Source: Malacoraja senta (lineage: Eukaryota). From it: 64,000 nucleotides of DNA. Both the position numbers and the translations under genes were made by a program. The notes under the pieces were generated by a model. That model did not search any database and had not been told where the DNA came from. It saw nothing but the letters and a program-made list of their open reading frames with translations. Positions 22,925-32,929 of this stretch are shown here, in pieces (the stretch's first letter is position 1; the number at the start of each line of letters is the position of its first letter). The stretch lies in assembly GCA_038087875.1 (NCBI GenBank), contig JAXLNO010000352.1, forward strand, positions 1 to 64,000. The letters are read 5' to 3'.

Positions 22925-24142
22925 TTTTACCAGTTTTAATGACCTTAATTATTATGGTGCGTTCATACCTCCGGACTCTGGTTATTTTGGGTGTATTTCT
23001 ATTATAGACTTCCTTGGTAGTTCTCCTGCGCGATTGTCCTTGAAGAAAAAACACACAGATGTGACATATTGTGATTAAAAAAAATATATATAAGTCAAAT
23101 AAATTTACGGTGTCTAAAATTTCAACACCGTAGTGAGTGGCCCACTCGTCTGTGGGGTACGACATCCATAACGCTTCCGGCGTAGTTGGTATAAAGTTAG
23201 CCCCGCTGTATTTATTACCCAAAATCTATGGGGTCATTACCATTTCCAATTCAGTTCTATTTCACCCAGTTACAATTTATATATATGTCAAATGTATTCG
23301 ATTCCATATCCTACTCACTCTTTATCTCTTAACTATTTTAAAATGAATTTAGTATTGTTAAAGTGAGCGGTTTACTGAGTGGATTAACCGGAGTCAGGTT
23401 CCTGGAGTTGTGCCAGGTGCCTGATCTCCTCTCCTCTCCACGAGCTGCGAACATATGTGATAACTGCTGTCTGCGTTATGACGCAGGCACCACAGTTTTA
23501 TCAGTTTCAAATATTATTTCTATATTAGTATTGTTAATTATTAATTATGATTAATTCTCAGCATTTTGTAAAACTATATAAGCCGTATATATTTTTCATA
23601 CCAACCTCGAGTGTATATTATCTCTTAACTATTTTAAATTGGTTTTAATATTGTTAAAAATGAGCTGTTCGCTGGAAGGGTTAACGGGCGTCTGGCTCCT
23701 GGAGTTATGCCAGGTACCCAGTCTCCCCCTCCCTCCACTCTCGAGCTGCATAGCACTTGTTGTTATCTGCTAAACAGAGCAGGCTGCACATTTTTTATCT
23801 ATTTCAATTGCTATTTCTATATTAGTATTGTTAATTATTAATTATTATTAGTTCTCAGTTTTTTCAGTTTTTTATAAACAATATAAGCCATGTGATGTTT
23901 TTCACTCTCAGCCCAGCAGTTCGTCCCGTGTTATCAGGTTTTCCTCGTTTGAGCACGTAGTGTCCTTGAATTACATAGCACAATGTTCCAGCGAAGATAA
24001 TAATGTCTAGCCACGTCTCACTAAGAATCTGTTGCTTGAAGTCAAATAAAAAATAAAAAATCAGTGTTCAGTTAATTCACTTTCCTTGTGATACTCTTGT
24101 TGGGAGAATAAGCAAGTTCGTTTGTTCATGTCGTCTTGGTTT

Positions 24143-25138
24143 TCAATCTCCAGTTGATGCAGCCTTAGTCGCGATTTCTTGAGCGTATTTGAGAGATTCA
24201 TCCGAATTAGTGAATGTTTTTGACACTCCCTCAAAGGTAATACGCATTCTAGCCGGATAGAACACTCCACACAAAACTCCCTTAACACCATAAAGAACTT
24301 CTCTAGTCTGTGAGAACTTTCTTCTCTTTTGCTCAATCTCATAAGGGTAGTCCCGTAGGAGTTTAATAGTATCACCTCTGTACATCATCTTCTCTCCGTG
24401 GTTGATTTTTTTCATCAGCGCTTCCATTGTTGAGATATCCCGAAGTTTAATTATGATCTGTCGTGGGTAGGCATGTTCTCCTTGAGATCTTGATTTAAAT
24501 CTGGGGAGTCGATGTGCTACTTCAATTACAGGTACTTCTGGTAGCTTCAGTACCTGTTTAATTAGGTTGGCAGCGAACTCACAAACATTGTCCCCCTCAG
24601 CTCCCTCTTTTACACCACGTATTCTTATATTTTGACGTCTTGAGCGAGCTTCTAGGTCAACACATTTATTCGAAACCTTTGTGACTTGGTTCTTGAGACT
24701 ATCTATTTCTGACTTCATAGTCTGCATCTCTCCAGCCATCACTTCCACAGCAGCTTCCAAATCTTTCACTGCAGATGCATTTGCAGCCACAGTTTCGTGC
24801 ACAGCCTCAAACATCTTTGTGGTCTCTTCTGCCAGCTTTTCAATTTTTATCGATAATCCTTTTTCCACACCTTCAATTCTTTTTTGGAGAGCCTCAATAC
24901 CCTCAATTATTTTATCATTACCGGCCATCAATTTACTGTTCCCAGCTTCCATATCATTTTTGATATCTCTTACCGAGTTTCTTAAGTCCTCCATTTCGGC
25001 TTTCTCTTTTGCAGATCGAGTAGCCATTCCAGAGACCTCTCCAGAGGTCAGTTCTGAAGTTTCTTGCTGTTCCAGAGTCTTCAGCAGATGTTTTGAGATT
25101 TTCCTCTGTGGGCTCTGACCTGGAGATGTACTTTTCAT
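24143..25138 (-). CDS. L1 ORF1p (coiled coil + RRM + CTD)
   Basis: Heptad-rich N half, DLEARSRRQNIRIRGVKEG, AHRL, RDYPYEIEQKRR, FYPARMRI; typical L1 ORF1 motifs. Confidence 0.95.
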   Translation of the reverse strand: MKSTSPGQSPQRKISKHLLKTLEQQETSELTSGEVSGMATRSAKEKAEMEDLRNSVRDIKNDMEAGNSKLMAGNDKIIEGIEALQKRIEGVEKGLSIKIEKLAEETTKMFEAVHETVAANASAVKDLEAAVEVMAGEMQTMKSEIDSLKNQVTKVSNKCVDLEARSRRQNIRIRGVKEGAEGDNVCEFAANLIKQVLKLPEVPVIEVAHRLPRFKSRSQGEHAYPRQIIIKLRDISTMEALMKKINHGEKMMYRGDTIKLLRDYPYEIEQKRRKFSQTREVLYGVKGVLCGVFYPARMRITFEGVSKTFTNSDESLKYAQEIATKAASTGD

Positions 25139-25774
25139 TTAAAATGACTTTCCCTCCGTTAAAATCGCGGCGCTTACTGATGACGTCATGAGCACCGCGA
25201 CATGAAGCTCCGGTAAGTTTTTAAAAACGGTCCCGACCTCCAGACCCGATTTTAACGCGAAAAAACGCGTTTTTTTCAGCGGAGCTAAAAAGTTTGCGAC
25301 TGCTAACAGAGCATGACGCAACCGGAAGAAGTGCTCGAATGCAATTAACAGCATTTTGTTCAAACCTTGAAAAATATTCTGAGTGAAGAAATATCTAATT
25401 TCTATCCTGAAGAAGTTACCCTTTATTTTAAGTTGTTGACAATTTATACTGGAATTGTCTTGTACTAAATAAACAATTGACATTTAAAAATCTGTATTGG
25501 AATTAATATCTGATGATTACACATTATGCACCAAAGTGAATCAGGTACAATGTTTGGTTTTCCAGGATGCTGACAAGTTCAAAGACACGCACACACACAC
25601 ACACACTGGCATAGATTGGCCGCCAGGAAATTCTGCTATCATCACGTCTTCAAGCTCATAGTTGAGCCGCCCGGGCGAAATCTGCACTGTCAGCACTACT
25701 TAAGGCAAATGTGAACTGCAGAAAGAAGCCTGTGATCACCACAACTTCTTCGAAGATCACAGGGTCCAGAATAT

Positions 25775-25960
25775 GGGAGCTTGTCTGTACGGAGTTTGTA
25801 CGTTCTTCTCGTGACCTGTGTGTGTTTTCCCTGAGATCTTAGTTTTCCACCCACACCAAAGATGTACAGTTTGCAGGTTAATTGGCTTCGTATCAATGTA
25901 GATTGTCCACAGTGTGTGTAGGATAGTTTCCACGCTGTACCTCTAAACTAAACTGAAAAA
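25775..25960 (+). mobile_element. V-SINE-like fragment
   Basis: ggagtttgtacgttcttctcgtgacctg...cacaccaaagatgtacag resembles the V-domain; (ctaaa)n tail. Confidence 0.6.
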
Positions 25961-26027
25961 CTATACGCTTTCCTTGTGCCTTCAACCTCCCAAAGTGCAA
26001 CACCTCACACTTGATCAGTTTAAAATC

Positions 26028-27320
26028 TGCCCAAGCAGTCATTCCAGGTGCGACAGTGGTTCACCTGCACCTCCTCCAACCTCATCTATTGCATCCGCAA
26101 AATAAAACAAAATACAGAGCGGAGGTGCAGAACCTGATGGACTGGTGCGCTCATAACAACTTGTCACTAAACACCACCAAGACCAAGGAGCTGTTTATTG
26201 ACTCCAGGAGTTCCCATAATGGAGAATACGCACCAATCTCCATTTACGGGGAACGTGTGGAGAGAGTGTCCAGCTTTAAGTTTCGGGGCACTCACATTTC
26301 AGAGGACCTCACATGGTCCAACAACACCGCTGCGCTGGTCAAGAAGGCACAGCAACGACTGTTCTTCCTGAGGACATTAAAAAAGACTGGTCTGCCCAAC
26401 AGCAGCTGACAACATATAACCGCTGCACCACAGAGGGCATATTAACGTATGGCATCACTGTGTGGTATCTCAGCTGCAGGGAGGCGGAGAGGAGAGCTCT
26501 TCAGCGCGTCGTCCACAGAGCGCAGAGGATCATTGGGACAGAGCTACCAGCCTTCGAGGGCATCTACCACACACGGTGCTTCAGGAAGGCCGTCAGCATC
26601 CATAATAAATCATCACACCCTTGTAACCGACTGTTTGAACTACTTCCCTCCGGCAGACGTTACAAGGCCTTCTACGCCCGAACCTCCAGACTCAGAAACA
26701 GCTTTATTCCAAGAGCTATAGCGGCTCTGAACCGGCCCTGCTGAATGCCCCCCACCCAGCCACCCTGGACAGTCTCCCTCGGATGGTCACGTCATTCAGC
26801 TTGCCTATTTATTTATTTTACTTTTCTTGTACATCGGTGGAGCTGCATACTAAATCTCGTTGCACCGACGTGCAATGACAATAAAAGATATCATTATTAT
26901 TATTATTATTAGATGTCAGCTGATCGACATCGATGAGACCAAGTGTAGGCTTGACGATCGCTTCGCCGAACACCTCCGCTCGGTCCGCAATAACCAACGA
27001 TCTCTCGGTGGCTCAGCAGTTCAACTCCCATTCCTAATCCGACCTTTCTGTCCTGGGCCTCCTCCATGGCCAGAGTGAGGACCACCGGAAATTATAGGAG
27101 CAGCACCTCGTATTTTGCTTGGGCAGTTTATACCCCATCGGCATGAACACTGACTTCTCCAATTTCAGGTAGCCCTTACTGTCTCCTCCCCTTCTCAGCT
27201 CTCCCTCAGCCCTCTGACTCCTCCTCTTCCTTTCTTCTTCCAGCCTCCCCCCCACCACCCTACATCAGTCTGAAGAAAGGTCTCGGCCTGACACGTTCCC
27301 TATTTCCTTCACTCCAAACC
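26028..27320 (+). mobile_element. Penelope-like element 3' fragment (GIY-YIG endonuclease), split by a Rex1 insert
   Basis: PKQSFQVRQWFTCTSSNLIYCIR | RCQLIDIDETKCRLDDRFAEHLRSVRNNQ is a degenerate GIY-YIG. Confidence 0.8.
26100..26910 (+). mobile_element. Rex1/Babar-type LINE 3' fragment
   Basis: YRAEVQNLMDWCAHNNLSLNTTKTKE..VSSFKF.GTHISEDLTWS..KKAQQRLFFLR; LLPSGRRY; tail (att)n. Confidence 0.85.
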
Positions 27321-27351
27321 TCCATAGAGGTTTTTTATCTACCTGCCCATT

Positions 27352-27445
27352 TCAGCATCTGATCTTCATCCCGCCGTATCTTCCGACAGCTTCCTCATTG
27401 TCTGCAACTCCTCCGATCTTGGTGTCGTCAGCAAACTCACTCAGC
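27352..27445 (-). mobile_element. Small CR1 RT fragment
   Basis: SEFADDTKIGGVADNEE. Confidence 0.65.
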
Positions 27446-27799
27446 CACAGATCGTCAGCATCTTCACACATGCGCTCTGATGGAGGGACAGCGCATCCTG
27501 AACGTTTTTGCCGCTGTAAAGCACCTGAGTTCACCGTGTTATTGTGAATGTCGGAGTGGTCACTGCCGAACCCGGCTCTCTTTTAACGCCACGCACCCTA
27601 TCTACTCATACTGCCTCCTTCAGTGAGATGAGAACCTGGACCCAAAGATCCCACTGCACATCAATTCTGTCAATGAAGAAGGGTCTTGACCTGAAACGTC
27701 ACCCATTCCTTCTTGGTCAAGTATGAATATTGCTTTCTTTAACTTCAAGCACACCTGCGTTCGCTCTCTCTCCATCCTCCACCAAAGTCACAACAGCTT

Positions 27800-28388
27800 G
27801 AAGTCTTGAATTTTCATGGCTTTTCATGTCTTGAATTTTCGTGGTTTTAACATCTTGAATTTTCGTAACTTTTCATGTCGAATTTTCGTGGCTTTTCATG
27901 TCTTGAATTTTCGTGACTTTTCATGTCTTGAATTTTCGTGGCTTTTCACGCCTTGAATTATCGTGGCTTTTCGCGCCTTGAATTTTCGTGGCTTTTCACG
28001 CCTTGAATTTTCGTGGCTTTTGAAGTCTTGAATTTTCGTGGCTTTTCATGTCTTGATTTTTCGTGGCTTTTCACGTCTTGTCATTGCGTTTCATATCTTG
28101 AATTTTCGTGGCTTTCAACGTCTTGAATTTTCTAGGCTTTTCACGTCATTGATTTTCACGTCTTGAAATTTCGTGGCTTTTCAAGTCTTGAATTTTTGTG
28201 GGGTTTTTTCACGTCTTGTATTTTTGTGTATATTCACATCTTCAATATTCGTGTCTTTTCATTCCTTGAATTTTCGTGGCTTTTCGTGTCATGAATTTTC
28301 GAGGCTTTTCACGTCATGAATTTTCGTGGCTTTTCACGTCTTGAATTTTTGTGGCTTTTCACGTCTTGAATTTTCGTGGCTTTTCATG
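27800..28388 (+). repeat. Short 25-bp satellite array, variant GTCTTGAATTTTCGTGGCTTTTCAC
   Basis: About 23 tandem 25-mers related to the major satellite. Confidence 0.9.
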
Positions 28389-28659
28389 ACCCGAAACGTC
28401 ATCCATTCCTTCTCGCCAGAGATGCTGCCTCTCCCGCTGAGTTACTCCAGCGTTTCGTGTCAATCTTCGGTTTAAACCGGCATCTGCAGTTGCACCCAAC
28501 ACTGTTAATAATTTAGTTTAGTTTAGAGATACAGCGTGGAAACAGGCACATCGAGTCTGCACTAACCAACGATCCTCGCACATTATCACTATTAATAGGT
28601 TGAAGGCCAAGAGCAAAGTCAGTAACACCGCCATCATGGGGGCTTCTGCACACGGACGA

Positions 28660-29385
28660 CTGACTCAGGAGAAGTCTTTGAAGACCGAGACCTAAAGGTT
28701 CAAACATAACAGCTGGTAACAGAGACGTTGTCCTCTAACACCCTGTTGTATGGAGTTGAATAATGGACCAATTACAGCAGGCACCTGAGAGCCCCGTAAC
28801 AAAATCATCGAAGATCCTTACAAAAGATTCTGAGGATTAGCTGGGAGGACAAACGCACCAACATCAACATTTAGGAGGAAGCCAACATGACCAGCATCAC
28901 CACCACAATAAAGCAGCACCAACTTCGATGGACTGGCCATATCATCCGCATGTTCAACACACGTCTCCCTAAACAAATCCTGTACTCTCAACTGAAGGAA
29001 GGTCGACGAGCCCCCGGCGGGCCAAAGAAAAGCTTCAAGGACAATACCTAGAACAGTTTGAAGAAATTCAACATCACATCAAGCAAATGAGAGTGCATTG
29101 CACTTGACATGCATTCCTCGAGGAAGTCCGTGAAGGAATGAGCTGCACTTCACGAAATGTAACCACGCCGTGTCACAGAGACAAAGCGACAGCAGTGTAA
29201 GGAGAGAGAGAAGGAGGCTCGACAACTACCAACCGCCGCCAGTCTCCACTACCCACGTTGTACCAAGGTGTGTGGATCGTGGATCGGCCTTTACAGACGT
29301 CTGCAGACCCACAAGTGGACGACCTTATGGAGAGGACAGTCATACTCGTTTCGAGTGACCGCCGATGATCACACAAGAGAAACAA
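28660..29385 (+). mobile_element. RTE-clade LINE 3' fragment
   Basis: LQKILRISWEDKRTN...QLRWTGHIIRMFNTRLPKQILYSQLKEGRRAPGGPKKSFKD, with stops. Confidence 0.85.
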
Positions 29386-29514
29386 TTTAAAATGTTATGC
29401 CAAGCCATTTATGTATATAATGTAAATAAATGAGCTGGACATCAATGTTAATTGGTTAAGTTTAATTTCGAGATACAGTGCGGAGACAGTCCCTTCTGCC
29501 CACTGAATTTGCAC

Positions 29515-29900
29515 AGGGGAAGGAACGGCAGATGCTGGTTTACACCGAAGATAGACACAAAAGCTGGAGTATCCCAGCGGGGCTGGCAGCATATCTGGAG
29601 AAAATGTGACGTTTTGGTTCGAGACCCTTCTTCAGACTGAGAGGCAGGTGAAAGGGAAACGAGAGGTATGAGAAGGTACAGAACAAATCAGGCCGAAACG
29701 ATTGCCCAGGAAAGGTGGAGCCCACAATGGGCTATTGCTTGTCATGGAAGGGATACAAGAAGGTAAACTAGCAGAACAATAAAGTGGGGGAGGAACATAT
29801 AGAGGGAAAGCAAGGGTTACTTGAGGTTAGAGAAGGCAATGTTCATACCGCTGGGGTGTAAGCTGCCCAAGCGAAAGATGAGGTGCTATTCTTCCAATTC
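29515..29900 (-). mobile_element. Penelope-like 3' terminal fragment
   Basis: Reverse-complement similarity to 27095-27300 (cacctc...cgcttgggcagcttacaccccagcggtatgaac; cagtctgaagaagggtctcga). Confidence 0.65.
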
Positions 29901-29919
29901 AGTTGTTTGTAACTATGAA

Positions 29920-31220
29920 ACACCAGTATGTAGCTAGCTAGCCAGTCTGTAGCAATGTAGCTAGCTACCTAGTTATCCAGTTGGTAGCTCAGCCTCGGTT
30001 GCTACCTAACTATCCAGTATGTAACTCAGTCTGGCTATCGACCTAGCTATCCAGTATGTAGCCATTTGTACAGGATGTAGCCATCTATCTGGCTCAATTG
30101 TGATCATGTTTTGTCTTTTTGCTAACTGGTTTGCTCGTGACTAAAGCTTTTCACTGTACCTCGGTACACGTGAGAATAAATTAATGAGGGGGAAAGAACT
30201 ATATGAGATTGTTACGTGGATTGTTGTAACAACACACCATTTGTTGTTGTAAAGCTTCAGTTGTTGTTGCTCAGATTGTATTGCTCCTTTACAGGTGCTC
30301 TCCCCTAAATCTACCCTAAATTTACAGATGCCTTCCCTACTGCACCATTTAAAAGTGCCCTCCTCTAATTCACCATTTACAGATGCCCTCCTAATACACC
30401 ATTTAAAGGTGCCCTCCCCTAAGTTCCCCTCCCACATACATGCCCTGCCCTAAATCCACATTTATAGGTGCCCTTCCCTAAATCCCCCCCATTGCTAGGC
30501 ACCCTCCCCTATATGTAGCCATCTAGCTACCTAGTTTTCCAGTATGTAGCCTCTAGCTAGCTACCTAGCTATCCAGTACGTTGCTCACTCTAGCTATCTA
30601 TCTAGCTACCCAAGTATGTGGCCCAGTCTAGTTAGCTACCTAGCTATCCAGTATGTAGTTCACTCTAGCTAACTACGTAGCTATCCAGTATGTAGCCCAG
30701 TTTTGCTATCTACCTAGCTATCCAGTATGTAGACATTTAGCTAGCTACCTAGTGATCCAGGATGTAGTCATCTAGCTGGCTGAATTGTGATCATGTTTTG
30801 TCTTTTTGCTAACTGGTCAGCTCGCAACTAAAGCTTTTCACTGTACCTCGGTACACGTGAGAATAAATTAATGAGGGGGAAAGAATTGTATGAGATTGTT
30901 ACGTGGATTGGTGTAATAACACACCAGTTGTTGTTGTAAAGCTTCAGTTGTTGTTGCTCAGATTGTATTGCTCCTTTACAGGTGCTCTCCCCTAAATCTA
31001 CCCTAAATTTACAGATGCCTTCCCCACTGCACCATTTAAAGGTGCCCTCCTCTAATTCACCATTTACAGATGCCCTCCTAATTCACAGTTTAAAGGTGCC
31101 CTCCCCTAAATCCCCCTCCCATATACATGCCCTCCCCTAAATCAACATTTACAGGTGCCCTTCCCTAAACTCCCCCTATTTCTAGGCACCCTCCCCTATA
31201 TGTAGCCATCTAGCTAATAT
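29920..31220 (-). repeat. TAGC minisatellite (inverted relative to 1.6/3.8 kb) within a ~690-bp tandem duplication, with a GTGCCCTCCCCTAAAT sub-repeat
   Basis: tagctatccagtatgtagc units; segment at 30099 recurs at 30786 (offset 687). Confidence 0.85.
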
Positions 31221-31800
31221 TATGCATCCTGTAATTTTACTTCAGAGTCACGTGAGTGACTACGTGAAGAAGACACCGTCCAGGCGCACACGCGTCATAT
31301 CATCAGACGCATAGCGGCAGAGACAGTGTTGGGAGGAGCAGAGCCCCTCCAAGCGGTGATTGCATAAAGCCTGAAGGTAAGTGGTTTCACGTTCGCTTTC
31401 AGGTCGCTTTCTTCCGGCAGACTTTGCGCTGTATGCCAGACAAGTCTAAAATGGAGAAAGTGTGAAAAGGCAAAGGGAGGCATACCGCAGGTAAACCTCA
31501 AGAGGACCGCGGGTCTGAGAGTAGCGGGCGCCCGATTAAAGAGTCAGTGGCAGAAAATCCAGCGACTGCAGAAACGGCAACTAAAAGTACCGTTGCAGCA
31601 CTTTTAGGGTGCAAGGCCAAAATAAAAACTGATCGGCCAGTAGACCCGGAAGAGTCAGACCCGGAGGTTACCCCACCTCAGGAAGACATTGTCTATTCGG
31701 GTCGCTAACCTGGAATTCCTCATGGGGAAAATGATTTATCAGGACCCACTCCAGGAAGAGTACAGTCTGGCTTTGGCCTACAGGAGAGCCAGCGCATTGA

Positions 31801-32870
31801 GTGCCTGGAAAAGGTGGGGTTCGGCGTTGGCCTACAGGAGAGCCAGCGTCAGTAATGTCTCATGAAAGACAATATATGGGTTGGCCTACAGGAGAGCCTG
31901 CACCAGCAGTGTCTGCGGAAAGACAATTCCTGCATTGGCGTACAGGAGAGCCAGTGGCAGCAGCACCTAAAAAAGGGCTGCCAATACGTGGGCCTACGGG
32001 AGAGCCCGCGAGGGGAGCACCTGCAAATGGGTTTACTATGCATAGGCCTACGGGAGAGCCAGCGCTAGAAACACCTGAAGCAGGGATACCAGATCAGCCC
32101 CACTATGAGGAGGAATTTCCAGGGCAGCAAGATTCGGATGATGAATCATACGAGGACCAAAGCCCTGTAACAGAGCCCAGAATCCCAGGTCTGGCCCAAA
32201 AATTCTCCGTTCCCAGACTGAAAGGGGAACCTTTGGCAGAGGTAATAGCAATGGCAATAAATTACTTGCTCTCCCGTCAGTTGGAGGAACTGACTATGGA
32301 CGAGACTGCCACAAAATATGAAACCCCGCAGATTTGCGCACTGCTAGCAGTCTCAGCAGTAAATAATGTAATATGGGGCTACTTGGGCATTGCAGTACGC
32401 GCACAAGAAATGAAATTACAGCGGGTGTTGAAGTTGCTGGGGTCAGGTATTATGGCATTTGCCAGAGGCTTGGATGAGGAGCTAGTGTCTGTGTCACAAC
32501 AGGATGCCTTAGCACTCATGTGTAATGCGCACTTTGAAATAACTGTATTCGTAAAAGTGCTATAAGGCCTAACATACATCCTAAGTTTGCGGGGCTCTGT
32601 AAACCAACTAATATTCAATTGCCTAATCTGCTTTTTGGAGAGAATCTATCCTAAAGGGTGAAAGACCTGAATGAAGAAGCAAAAACCGTGGGAATGATAA
32701 AACCACCGGTGCTTGGCAGAACTGTCCGAAGGCAATTTCCCTACCGAAGATCGGTGACTGGGGCCCGTGAAGGAACAAGTCGGTCGTTCCCAATACATTT
32801 TATTGGCGCACTGCTCCTGGGACCCGTGGAGGTTACAGTGTTCCCACTAAGAGCAGGGGAAAATATTTGA
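31801..32870 (+). pseudogene. DIRS gag-like ORF1 (disrupted) with 18-aa WPTGEPA repeats
   Basis: Position upstream of RT; frameshifted continuation ..LLFGE..KDLNEEAK. Confidence 0.7.
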
Positions 32871-32929
32871 CACCAGCAAACCCTGAGGTATGTGGGTCTG
32901 GTCCTGGAAGAAACATATTAAGTGTTTCA

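Larger units (their letters stand above)
18723..25331 (-). mobile_element. Full-length L1 retrotransposon with both ORFs open
   Basis: ~190-bp CpG-rich 5'UTR, ORF1, 1.2-kb spacer, ORF2, 3'UTR, A-rich tail; perfect TSD TGCTCGAATGCAATT at 18708-18722 and 25332-25346. Confidence 0.97.
17858..25587 (+). pseudogene. PRDM9: Truncated inverted PRDM9 paralog (exon 1, intron 1, first codons of KRAB exon)
   Basis: Reverse-complement homolog of ~16697-17325 in pieces (17858-17970, 18276-18446, 18678-18722, 25332-25587). Donor GGA|gtgagt at 17932; acceptor ttttccag|GAT GCT GAC AAG TTC AAA GAC (DADKFKD) at 25566, then (CA)n. Confidence 0.8.

Noticed and set aside
23100..23750. Hammerhead or HDV ribozyme in the L1 spacer
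   Set aside because: No CUGANGA/GAAA core or HDV pseudoknot visible by eye; kept only as unclassified hairpins.
31773..32063. CRISPR array
   Set aside because: Eukaryotic retrotransposon context, no cas genes, period is a multiple of 3 and in frame within gag.
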